This document shows positions 17,527 to 26,267 of a DNA stretch of 64,000 nucleotides, one piece after another; the first letter of the stretch is position 1; each line of letters begins with the position of its first letter. Both the position numbers and the translations under genes were made by a program. Below the pieces are notes generated by a model that saw only the letters and a program-made list of their open reading frames with translations, did not search any database and was not told the origin of the DNA. The stretch is from Candidatus Omnitrophota bacterium (lineage in GTDB: Bacteria; Omnitrophota; Omnitrophia; Omnitrophales; Aquincolibacteriaceae), in contig JAUYMS010000041.1 of NCBI GenBank assembly GCA_030698625.1, positions 11,314 through 75,313 of the forward strand, given 5' to 3'.

Positions 17527-17806
17527 ACTCGCAAAGATAGGCGGTATCCTGCATCACCTTCGCTTTAAACTTTGAGTTTGCAGGGACATCAAACGAGGCG
17601 CCTTCACCAAACTCTTCCCACTCCCCTTCTTCCGCGAAATACACCGACAACTCCCCGGAGACAACCGTCATTGTCTCTTTTGTCGTCGTATTGAATTCAT
17701 ATTCTCCCGGCATCATCACACCGACGGTCCGTTTTCCTTTATTCGAATTAACAACCAAAGATTTTACGTTACCGTCAAAATACTCATTCACTTCAACCAT
17801 CTTCAT
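17513..17806 (-). CDS. ppnP: Pyrimidine/purine nucleoside phosphorylase PpnP (YaiE, DUF1255 cupin).
   Basis: 97 aa. It aligns to E. coli YaiE at NEYFDGNVKS...GVMMPGEYEF...YLCEY. Confidence 0.85.
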   Translation of the reverse strand: MKMVEVNEYFDGNVKSLVVNSNKGKRTVGVMMPGEYEFNTTTKETMTVVSGELSVYFAEEGEWEEFGEGASFDVPANSKFKAKVMQDTAYLCEYEQK

Positions 17807-18318
17807 TCTCCTTTTTTATCATTATTGGTTAGTGGTGTCAGTGCCTTTTTCCATAAAGACACTTTCTCGGCGAGCTTGGTCGTATGCGCCCGGCTTGAGG
17901 AGGGCACATAGGCATAATCGGTTGCCCCGCGATTCCGGAAATTCCGGAGAAACTGCTCTTCCGTCTTTTTGCCGTTCAAAAGGATCTTCGTGACACGCGG
18001 GTTCCTCTTGAGGAAGCGGCCGATGTCATTAACAACGGAATCCTTAATCGCTGCATCCAGCGAACCGACCCGCTCACACGACTTGAAGACATCCCATAAA
18101 GCAATTTTATGCTTTCCTAGGAATGCCTTCTTTGCCGCATAATCTTCCGGCATCGGGCCGCCGAAGACCGCGGAGAGAATCCTCCAAAAATCGTTCTGAG
18201 GATTGCCGTAGTACTCCCTGCGAGCCAGCGACATCTTACCCGGCATAGACCCAAGAATCAGAGTCCGTGCCCCGTTCTCGTTCAGCGGTGAAAATGATTT
18301 TAGCCGTTTTTTATTCAT
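17803..18318 (-). CDS. UDG-superfamily DNA glycosylase, family-6-like (DNA-deoxyinosine/hypoxanthine glycosylase-like).
   Basis: LILGSMPGKMSLARREYYGNPQNDFWRIL matches the UDG motif (GxxPG ... FW). It is closest to the family 6 pattern. Confidence 0.65.
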   Translation of the reverse strand: MNKKRLKSFSPLNENGARTLILGSMPGKMSLARREYYGNPQNDFWRILSAVFGGPMPEDYAAKKAFLGKHKIALWDVFKSCERVGSLDAAIKDSVVNDIGRFLKRNPRVTKILLNGKKTEEQFLRNFRNRGATDYAYVPSSSRAHTTKLAEKVSLWKKALTPLTNNDKKGE

Positions 18319-18472
18319 TTTAGATGCGGGTCCCCCTTAGCTCCCGACAACTGCGCCTATTATAGGGCCCGCCGGCCTGCAATCAAGACCCCCCTGGGCT
18401 TGGGGGGCTCGCGTTAGGCTCTTGCGTGGGGGGCCGGAAATCTGATAAACTTTGGGATTACCCTGCTTAAAT

Positions 18473-18550
<78 letters not shown>

Positions 18551-18566
18551 GAACTCATGATAAAAT

Positions 18567-18610
18567 AAGGCCTTGTGAGTAAGAATACTCACAAGGCCTT
18601 TTCTTTTTTT
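18567..18610 (+). terminator. Rho-independent terminator after tRNA-Pro.
   Basis: Perfect 14-bp stem AAGGCCTTGTGAGT / ACTCACAAGGCCTT with a 6-nt loop, followed by TTCTTTTTTT. Confidence 0.75.
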
Positions 18611-18835
18611 GGCCATACCGAGATGATTTGCCTAGATTCTGCCTGAATTTTTCCCGTCACAGATGCGATGCATCCTCTTTTCCCAATATGCCGAGTTAGT
18701 CAAAACCTGAAGCAAATGAAGACATTTTTTGAATCGGTTCCGGTTCTCCCCGGGACGGGGATTGAGGAATGAGTTGTACTGAAAGGTACCGCCTATTGGG
18801 GAAGTCCAGATCGGTGATAGTTGTGACGGCGCAAG

Positions 18836-19195
18836 TTACGCCGGCGGTTCAAGGAGTTTCATTACAGCTTGCTCAAGGGCGGGAAGTTTTGAAGTAACGA
18901 CATCCCACAAAATGTCGAGGTCTACACCGAAATATTCATGGATCAAAATATCGCGCAAGCTGCCGATCTTCACCCATTCGATATGCGGTTGTTTGCTGCG
19001 CGTTTCATCAGGCAGCTTCTTGACCGCTTCACCCAGAATCTCCAGGTTCCTTACAACGGCATCTGCGGTGCGCATGTCATTTTTAAACTTCGATAGGTCG
19101 TAGCCTTCCGTGTATTGCCGAATGCGTTCTATTGCCTGGAGAATATCTTCGAGATAGACGATTGCATCACGGGGCATCGATGAGATCGCCCTCAA
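18836..19195 (-). CDS. hepT: HepT-like HEPN toxin (DUF86), type VII TA system.
   Basis: Rx4HxY motif in SLRDILIHEY. It overlaps the upstream MNT gene by about 29 nt. Confidence 0.8.
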   Translation of the reverse strand: MRAISSMPRDAIVYLEDILQAIERIRQYTEGYDLSKFKNDMRTADAVVRNLEILGEAVKKLPDETRSKQPHIEWVKIGSLRDILIHEYFGVDLDILWDVVTSKLPALEQAVMKLLEPPA

Positions 19196-19454
19196 TGTTT
19201 TTTCGGATTCTCGGTTTGAGGGTGTCGAGGAGTACCAGGTCTACCCGGCATTCAAACAAGCTCTCCAAATCGTGCTTTAAACCCATATAGGCGTCAAAAG
19301 TCTTCGTCTCGAAGGCTACAATAAAATCGAGATCACTTTGATGCGTCATTGCTTGACGGGCGCCTGAGCCGAATAACTGCAGTTTCCGGACACCATATTT
19401 TTTTAATATAGCGCGGTTCTGATGAATTTTGCGGATAATCTCTTGTCGATCCAC
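19167..19454 (-). CDS. mntA: MNT-like minimal nucleotidyltransferase antitoxin.
   Basis: 95 aa. LFGSGARQAMTHQSDLDFIV is the GS...D.D nucleotidyltransferase motif. Confidence 0.8.
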   Translation of the reverse strand: MDRQEIIRKIHQNRAILKKYGVRKLQLFGSGARQAMTHQSDLDFIVAFETKTFDAYMGLKHDLESLFECRVDLVLLDTLKPRIRKNIEGDLIDAP

Positions 19455-19602
19455 GTCTCATATCTCCTAATCATGCACATTCTACGGCACTTAAACGGGC
19501 TACCCTAAGGGCTTATTATACCCTACCCCAGCTATATCTTGAAGCGCTACTGCGCGTAAAGACTCGTTGCCTATAACATGAGGTATGGAGCGCGCCCGGC
19601 GA

Positions 19603-20448
19603 TTAAGCAGAAGCGCTGACCTTCTCGTGAGCCAGGCGGTCTTGAATGACCTTGCCGACGAAGGTAATGGTGGGGTTTCCGTTGCGGTTCGTGCCGTACC
19701 GGACGTTCGAGGTATCGAGGATGATTGAAAGGCCGGGATACAACCTGAGAAGTTCGGCAACGGGGTCGGGTGCTTTGCGAATAAGATCCGCCTTGGGTCC
19801 GTAGTTGATAAGGGCACCGACCAGCACCAGAAGATTCAGAATCAGGTCCGCGGTTATGGGATCCAACTCAGAGACTTCCAGCGCCACGTCCAGCTACCAG
19901 ATGTTGGAACTCACCGGCACGTCCGCATTTCCGAGCAGGCTCACGGCCGCATCTCTGGACGCGATCCTGCTTGCTGTCGAAACGCGTTTCGTATGGGTAT
20001 TCACGCCGGCACGCAGGATCGGGGGCACTTCGTCGGCCACGTACGTGATGCGGCTCAGGATATTTGCATAGGTGTTGAGAGTCTCGGCGAGCCGGGCCGG
20101 CGGAACGTTGATGGGGAGATTCTTGACATTCCCGTTCTCGTCGAGTACCACGGCAATCGAGGCGCCCGAAAGGATAAGGCTTTCGGCCGGCGTCTGGGCC
20201 AGATCACTTGCAAGACGCTTGAGGACCGGTAGTATCAACTGCACATTGTCATAGATTGTCGCCAATTCTTTAGTTAATGTCCGGCGCTCTGTGAGTTCCG
20301 CTGCGAGGCGATCCGCCAGAATTGTCATCGAGCGCACGAGCGTGTCGTTCAGGGTCTCCAGTCCCACGTCTTTCGCCAGCCGGCCTGCTGCGGAGGCAAA
20401 TTCATCACGCGGCACCTCCGGCAGAAGTTCCTGAAGTGCCTGCGGCAC
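19603..20448 (-). pseudogene. Unknown protein (~281 aa) interrupted by a single in-frame TAG (plus-strand cta at 19894-19896). Possible pseudogene or read-through.
   Basis: ORFs 19894..20448 and 19603..19887 are in the same frame, separated only by TAG plus two sense codons. The downstream part is called from a GTG. An R-x5-H string (RAGVNTH) is present but does not match the canonical HEPN Rx4-6H. Confidence 0.4.
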
Positions 20449-20454
20449 TTTTGC

Positions 20455-21360
20455 CTATGCCGACTCACGCAAGATGACTTCCGGCTTGAATTTGATTTGA
20501 GCGGCGCGGCGAAGCTTGCCCGAAATAATGCCGAGAAGGATCTCGACTGCCTTCTTGCCCATGGCCGCGGTAGGTTGCCGAACAGAGGTGAGCGTCGGGC
20601 TCATGACTTCGTTTACCGGCGAGTCGTCAAAACCGGCCACCGCGATCTCGGCAGGTACGTGGATCTTATGCCTTCGAAGAATGCGGATAGCTCCGTGGGC
20701 AATATCGTCGTTGGCGCAGAGGATGACTTCGGGCCGGGCCGCGGCAGTAATGAGGCTTTTCATAATGTCATGGGGCAGGCGCTCGCTGAAATGACTGCTT
20801 TCATAGGTAAAAGCCGGGTCATAAGTCAACTTGAGCCGCCGGAGTCCGTGCTTAAAAGCCTCATAGCGTGCCTTGGCGTCCCGTGAACCCGACTCGGGGC
20901 CTCGAATCATGCCGAATCGGCGGTACCCCTTGCGGCGCAGTTTTTCGAGCAGAGTGAAAATGGCCGTCTCGTTCTCGCAATATAATATGCTGTTGCGAAT
21001 CGTCTTATCGTGATCGTTAACTAGGACAGCCGGCAGGAGTTTAGCTTTCATCATTTCGGAGACAATCCGCGGCAGATGGCGCCAAATAAAAAAGATAATG
21101 CCGTCCACGCGATGGCGCTCGAGAAGGCTCTTGAAAGTGATTTGCTTCTGCTCCCGGTCGCGGACAGGAAGCCATTTCAGATCCCAGCCTGAATGAGGCC
21201 GAAGGCCTTCGAGGACACCGGCGATCAACTCTTCAAAATAGGGACTCCGTGCCGCTTCGGCACGAAACGGAAGCACAATACCGATCGTCCGAATAGGTGC
21301 CCCGCTTTTGTCACCCCTCATAGGACGCCGCCAATCTGAAATTTTCGCCGCATTTGCCAT
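20455..21360 (-). CDS. LacI-type periplasmic-binding-fold (sugar-binding domain) protein that lacks the N-terminal HTH domain.
   Basis: 301 aa. It aligns to the ligand-binding/dimerisation domain of the two LacI paralogs (for example AVAGFDDSPV...MSPTLTSVRQP versus VVGFDDEKAAATMSPPLTTVRMP). The N-terminus MANAAKISDWRRPMRGDK has no HTH. No HTH is encoded upstream in any frame. Confidence 0.7.
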   Translation of the reverse strand: MANAAKISDWRRPMRGDKSGAPIRTIGIVLPFRAEAARSPYFEELIAGVLEGLRPHSGWDLKWLPVRDREQKQITFKSLLERHRVDGIIFFIWRHLPRIVSEMMKAKLLPAVLVNDHDKTIRNSILYCENETAIFTLLEKLRRKGYRRFGMIRGPESGSRDAKARYEAFKHGLRRLKLTYDPAFTYESSHFSERLPHDIMKSLITAAARPEVILCANDDIAHGAIRILRRHKIHVPAEIAVAGFDDSPVNEVMSPTLTSVRQPTAAMGKKAVEILLGIISGKLRRAAQIKFKPEVILRESA

Positions 21361-21447
21361 TTTACATTTTCATACTCCGATTTTATATAGAAATCACCCG
21401 ATCTTTTTTGCTATCCGCATTACCGTCCATCCCTTAAAATAGGGCCT

Positions 21448-22077
21448 ATGCCCCATAGATCTAAAACAGGTGTTTTGCTTCTATTATGCCTGGGTGTGGC
21501 CGTAGCGGCCCTCTCGCCTGCCGCGAACTACGAATATGAGCGGTTTTCCTATAAGGACGCGCGCGATACCAAGATGAGGGGGTTTTCTCAAATTCAGCGG
21601 GCTTATGTGAATGAGGCCTCAAAGATATTCAGCGACCTGCAGGTCTGGTTTCGTCTGCCGAACGGCGTTTTAGGAGAAGACGGCCGGATGAGGTTTGAGG
21701 CCACTTTGGAACTCAACTTAGAGATGGAAACGAAGGGCATTAAGCACAGTTACCTTTTTTTTGTTGATGATTTGTTTCTTGATGCGGAGGGTAAGGAGAT
21801 TCCCCTGCTGGCGAAGAGCGCCGGGTTCACCGATGAAAAGGGGCACATCAAGAGTATCGACGGCTATCGCATGACGGCAAAGTATGCGCGATTTGAAATT
21901 GTTACCGGCCTCTCCGCGCCCCTGCCGAGAACCCTGCAGCTGCAATATCGTTTCTTTGTCCGCAAAGGCGAACAGCCCGACCAGCAGATCTACGGAAGTA
22001 TTCCCCTGGAGCTCCATAAGCATCGGCAGAGATCTCTCTCGAATTTGTTCTCCATTTTTAATCCGAAAAAAAATTAA
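21448..22077 (+). CDS. Secreted hypothetical protein.
   Basis: Signal peptide MPHRSKTGVLLLLCLGVAVAALSPAANYE. No recognisable domain. Confidence 0.5.
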   Translation: MPHRSKTGVLLLLCLGVAVAALSPAANYEYERFSYKDARDTKMRGFSQIQRAYVNEASKIFSDLQVWFRLPNGVLGEDGRMRFEATLELNLEMETKGIKHSYLFFVDDLFLDAEGKEIPLLAKSAGFTDEKGHIKSIDGYRMTAKYARFEIVTGLSAPLPRTLQLQYRFFVRKGEQPDQQIYGSIPLELHKHRQRSLSNLFSIFNPKKN

Positions 22078-23189
22078 TCGCGGTGGGTTTGGATCTGTGA
22101 GGCCCTGAGCCCGAAGCGTTCGCGCAGGCCGCGCGTTGCATTCAATAGGGGCAGGAGCCACGCGGGAGCCGGCGATAAGTACAGGCGTTTCACGTGCTCG
22201 CGAACGACGCAGGTGACTACAGTCTTCAGCATGAAGGCGAACGAAAGCCGCCTCTTTTCTTTTTCGACGGCAACTTCCTTTTCGCCCGGCAATAGCGGCA
22301 GGTCGTGCTTGGCGAGCCCCCAATCGGGCCCATTCGGGTGGAAGCTAGCCGATTTGTCGCCGAAGATATCGTAGTTTTTTTTGCGGGCCGTACGGGCCGT
22401 CAAGGAAGGCTTCACGTGTTCCAGATGGTAGAAATCGACACCGGTAATGCCGCTTAGATTGACCAGCGGGTATTTCTCTTCGAGCCGATAACCCAGGTCT
22501 GTTTCCATCCACCCCCAATAGATAAAGCGTTCGTCATAGCCCCCGCATTCCGCCCACAGATCGCGGTGCAGTACCATGATTCCGGTCGGCGCATTAAACC
22601 AGGGATTGTAATTGAACTCCTCAACGGGCAGTTGTCCTTTAAAGCAGTTGAGGAAGGTCACGACGTCGGTGAAGGCGCCACAGCGCACGGCAAATTCATA
22701 GGGCATCATTCGGCGCAGGGCAAAAAGAAAACAGGCTTCAGGGTTTACTCCGAACGGCGTGTTGCCGTCGACAAAATCGAAAAACCGCTTTAGGAAAGCG
22801 CGTCCGACCAGGGTGTCTTGGTCGATGCGGCCGATGTAATCCCCGCTCGCCCTTCTTACGACAGCGTTCAGGGCCAAGACCTCGGGAAACGGGCTGTCTT
22901 TCTGCACGCTCGCTGCCAGTTCCGGTGAGACCTCGAGGAACCGCACCATACGCCTGGCCGCGCTGCCGAGCTCCGCTTCTTTGCGGAGCGGAACCTCACT
23001 GGCCCAATCGGAGACAATCACGTCGACCCTGCCCTCCAGGCCCAAAGCCTCTACATTCCGGGCTAGATAGTTCAGAGCTGTCTGTAGACGCCAGCGCGGC
23101 TTACCCATATACCGGTCATTCCGGGAGCACAGGATAAAAGTGAGGGTTTTCGGGCTTTCTGAGCGGGACATCGGGCAATTATAGCACAC
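22074..23189 (-). CDS. Hypothetical protein, possibly a GT-A-fold glycosyltransferase-like enzyme.
   Basis: DVIVSDW and RIDQDT read as DxD-like. This is weak recognition only. The start is probably the internal Met MSRSESPK. Confidence 0.35.
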   Translation of the reverse strand: MCYNCPMSRSESPKTLTFILCSRNDRYMGKPRWRLQTALNYLARNVEALGLEGRVDVIVSDWASEVPLRKEAELGSAARRMVRFLEVSPELAASVQKDSPFPEVLALNAVVRRASGDYIGRIDQDTLVGRAFLKRFFDFVDGNTPFGVNPEACFLFALRRMMPYEFAVRCGAFTDVVTFLNCFKGQLPVEEFNYNPWFNAPTGIMVLHRDLWAECGGYDERFIYWGWMETDLGYRLEEKYPLVNLSGITGVDFYHLEHVKPSLTARTARKKNYDIFGDKSASFHPNGPDWGLAKHDLPLLPGEKEVAVEKEKRRLSFAFMLKTVVTCVVREHVKRLYLSPAPAWLLPLLNATRGLRERFGLRASQIQTHRD

Positions 23190-23359
23190 GGGCGACCGCG
23201 GGAACGTCCGATAATATTCTATGATTATAATTGATAAAACTTTGCCTCCCCCCTTGCGCTAGGGTAGGCCACCGGGTAGTCTTCTTTTAAGCACTTAATT
23301 AGTTTTGAAACGAAAGGGCAACCCCGTCGTGAGGCGGGCGCGCAAAGTTAGAGGTCCCT

Positions 23360-24121
23360 TTGGGACGGCTCAACTACCGAAATCAAATGAAAGATAATCT
23401 GCTCCACGGTTCTTGCGTTTTTAGTGCTACGGCTGCCCTCGTCCTTCTTGTTATCCCCTTTGCTGTCTTAGCTGAATCCGGTATTTCTGAATTGGACCAT
23501 ACATTCCAAGAAGAGCAATTACTTGCGTCTAATACGATTGCGGCCCCGCTGGTCACAGCCGGCCGCATGGCGGAGCCCGCGATCGCCATCGAGGGAATGT
23601 CTCTTTTAGCGAAACCGCTTACGACCGGTCACCAAGGAGCGCTCGATTATCAGGGCATTGCCGAACACGGCGTAAGGATTCAATTCCGTCAAATCAAGGA
23701 ACCCGTTGCTTTCTTCTGGGTTTTTGATGAACCCGTGGACCTGAGCGATCGTTGGGTTCGTGTTTATTATGCGGGCCCCATCGTACCGAACCGCCTACAG
23801 CTCAAGCTCGACCACGCCGAAGTCCGGCTCGACGGCGCCTTTGACATTTATCTCGAAAACTCGACTTGGACCCAAACAGTTTTCTTCAAGCTTCCGCGCA
23901 AGAAGACTTTCGAAGCCATCGATTCGCTGCGCCTCGTAGCGAACCCGGGGCTTCTTAAGAACAGCAGCGCGGATTTTTGGATTTTAGAAGTAGAAGTACT
24001 CCCCGAGGGTAACGATCCTTTGGGGGGAGTGTCGGATCTGTCCAGATTCGAATGGTATGACCGGCCATTCCGGCCGGACAACCACATAGGCATTAACTCA
24101 ACGCATTACAAAGCAACATGA
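23360..24121 (+). CDS. Secreted hypothetical protein.
   Basis: Signal-peptide-like N-terminus, probably starting at MKDNLLHGSCVFSATAALVLLVIPFAVLA. No recognisable domain. Confidence 0.5.
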   Translation: MGRLNYRNQMKDNLLHGSCVFSATAALVLLVIPFAVLAESGISELDHTFQEEQLLASNTIAAPLVTAGRMAEPAIAIEGMSLLAKPLTTGHQGALDYQGIAEHGVRIQFRQIKEPVAFFWVFDEPVDLSDRWVRVYYAGPIVPNRLQLKLDHAEVRLDGAFDIYLENSTWTQTVFFKLPRKKTFEAIDSLRLVANPGLLKNSSADFWILEVEVLPEGNDPLGGVSDLSRFEWYDRPFRPDNHIGINSTHYKAT

Positions 24122-24287
24122 CACTGCGCATTACCCAACCAGCCAAGGCATTATCCCGCCTTGTTTTACAACGTGGAGGAAGTACTATGATCAACTTTAA
24201 TTGGATTATCAATTTAGCGACTATCTCCAACACCCCGCAACCAAAGCCCCGCACGAAGAGAAGGTCTTAACGGTTTTCATACGGTAA

Positions 24288-24337
24288 ATAAAAAACGGGC
24301 AAGGCTGCGTTAGGTAACGCGGCTTTGCCCGTTTTTT
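24288..24337. terminator. Bidirectional Rho-independent terminator between convergent genes.
   Basis: A-tract, then the imperfect long hairpin CGGGCAAGGCTGCG...CGCGGCTTTGCCCG, then TTTTTT. Confidence 0.55.
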
Positions 24338-24355
24338 CATCCGCGAAATACGTTC

Positions 24356-24628
24356 TTAATTCACAGACTTTTTCAGATCAGAACCTGCGGAAAAAGCAGG
24401 AACTTTGCGAGCCTTGATCTGGATGGTTTCGCCGGTCTTCGGATTACGGCCCGTACGAGCCTTTCTCTTCTTAACCGAGAAGCTACCAAAACCCACCAAA
24501 GACACCTTATTACCCTTTTTTAGCGATACCTTAATCGCGTCAAAAGTGACATTCAGAGATTCCCACGCTTTCGCTTTGGAAACCTTGGTTCTCTTGGCAA
24601 TTTCGTTTGCAAGGTCAGCTTTATTCAT
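24356..24628 (-). CDS. hup: HU/IHF-family DNA-binding protein.
   Basis: 90 aa with a typical HU sequence (GFGSF...R.GRNP.TGE.I.I). Confidence 0.9.
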   Translation of the reverse strand: MNKADLANEIAKRTKVSKAKAWESLNVTFDAIKVSLKKGNKVSLVGFGSFSVKKRKARTGRNPKTGETIQIKARKVPAFSAGSDLKKSVN

Positions 24629-24666
24629 TTAAATCACCCCCTCTCCTTCTGCTAGATTTAACACCA

Positions 24667-25668
24667 CTAATACTGCTTCCACTCTTCGTGCGCGTCGCGG
24701 GCCAGCAAATCCCCTACGGCCGAGCGCGCATCCTTGTCCTCGAAAAGAAGTTTATAGACTTCTCCCATGACCGGCAGGTCCACTCCCAAGCGCGTGGCGA
24801 GTTCATGCACGCTGGCAGCGGTATCTACACCTTCGGCCACCATTTCCATACTCGCCAGGATATCTTTAATTTTCTTGCCTTCGCCGAGCTCGCGTCCCAC
24901 GCGCAGGTTTCGGCCGTGCTTCGAAAAACAGGTTGTGACCAAATCGCCCATTCCCGAAAGGCCGAAAAAAGTATTCGGGTTCGCTCCCATACGAATCCCC
25001 AATCGCGCCATTTCCAGTAAGCCGCGCGAAAGAAGACCGGCCTTGGTGTTGTCGCCGAACTTCAAGCCGTCGCAAACGCCCGCGGCAATTGCGATCACGT
25101 TCTTTAAGGCCCCGCCCAGTTCCACGCCGACAATATCGGTTTGCACGTAAATACGAAAATACGGGTTGAGCAATGCCTGCTGCACTTTTGCCGCAACACC
25201 GCGGTCGCTCGAAGCCGCTACGATCAAGGTCGGCATGTTGCGTGCGACTTCTTCGGCGTGCGACGGTCCGGAAATTACGACGAGATTAATCTTCTCGCCC
25301 AACACGCTCAAGATAATCTCCGAAGGCCTGAGGCAGGTCTTCTTCTCAATCCCTTTGGCAACACTGACGAAGATCTTCTTGCTGTAGTCGAGATCCTTAA
25401 TCTTGTGGAGGACATTGCGCAGGTACTGCGTGGGAATGGCTAAGATAACGATTTCACCGAACTCGATGGCGCTCGTGATGTTTGTTTCGATCTGAATTTT
25501 TTCGGGCAGCTCGACGCCGGGCAGGAATTTAACGTTCTCGCGCTTTTCGCGCAGAACTTTGGCATACTCGGGGAACGCCGACCAGAGGACGACGTCATTT
25601 TTATTTCTGTCAGAAACAACGGCTAATGCGGTTCCCCAACCGCCGTCACCAAGTACCGCTATCTTCAT
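24667..25668 (-). CDS. gpsA: NAD(P)H-dependent glycerol-3-phosphate dehydrogenase.
   Basis: MKIAVLGDGGWGTALA Rossmann motif plus the GpsA C-terminal domain. Confidence 0.9.
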   Translation of the reverse strand: MKIAVLGDGGWGTALAVVSDRNKNDVVLWSAFPEYAKVLREKRENVKFLPGVELPEKIQIETNITSAIEFGEIVILAIPTQYLRNVLHKIKDLDYSKKIFVSVAKGIEKKTCLRPSEIILSVLGEKINLVVISGPSHAEEVARNMPTLIVAASSDRGVAAKVQQALLNPYFRIYVQTDIVGVELGGALKNVIAIAAGVCDGLKFGDNTKAGLLSRGLLEMARLGIRMGANPNTFFGLSGMGDLVTTCFSKHGRNLRVGRELGEGKKIKDILASMEMVAEGVDTAASVHELATRLGVDLPVMGEVYKLLFEDKDARSAVGDLLARDAHEEWKQY

Positions 25669-25784
25669 CTTGGACTCACCTTTGAGCTTAAATAAGATTA
25701 ACGGAATATGCTGAAACCCTTGCAGGACAAGGCTCCTACGAGGGATTCTTTATAACACGGAATGTGGGGCGGGTCAAAACAAAA

Positions 25785-26222
25785 TTAGGCGAGCAGAACA
25801 AAAGTTTTTACGTTTTCCCGGACTCTCGGAGGCACTGAAATCGGCCGCATTGAGTCGTTGACAAAAACGTGGACTGTGAATCCGGTCGCGATCAATTTTG
25901 CTTCGTCACCCTTCGGGAAAACACGGTACTCAAATCGCATCGAACTGCGTCTCAGGAGACTGACACTGGTTCGCACCACGAGAAGGTCGTCATAAGTCGA
26001 TGATGAGTGGTACTTTGCCTGAGCTTCGACAACCGGCAGGTAGATTCCCTCTTTTTCACAGTCTGTATAGGGTAACCCCAAGGCACGGAAATACTCGGTA
26101 CGGGCGGCCTCGAACCAAAGAAAATAGTTCGCGTAATAGCTTACTGCCATCTTGTCGGTGTCTGAGTAGCGCACGCGGTATTCGTAATCGAAGTAATTCA
26201 TAGGAGGTTGTTCACAATTCAC
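25785..26222 (-). CDS. YbgC/4HBT-family acyl-CoA thioesterase.
   Basis: Hotdog-fold motif YRVRYSDTD...YANYF. Confidence 0.7.
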   Translation of the reverse strand: MNCEQPPMNYFDYEYRVRYSDTDKMAVSYYANYFLWFEAARTEYFRALGLPYTDCEKEGIYLPVVEAQAKYHSSSTYDDLLVVRTSVSLLRRSSMRFEYRVFPKGDEAKLIATGFTVHVFVNDSMRPISVPPRVRENVKTFVLLA

Positions 26223-26267
26223 AAGAAAGCGGTGACTTTACGTCAATTTTTAAGGTCGCAGAAGGCC

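Noticed and set aside
19500-19817. 105-aa minus-strand ORF overlapping the interrupted gene in another frame.
   Set aside because: It is an alternative frame of the same region. Its Pro/Ser/Arg-rich translation has no support.
18611-21447. Direct repeat of the tRNA-Pro 3' end (att site) bounding the downstream islet.
   Set aside because: I found no 15-nt-or-longer copy of GGTTCAAATCCTCTCGCCCCGACCA by eye in the non-coding stretches downstream. Island boundaries therefore remain undefined.
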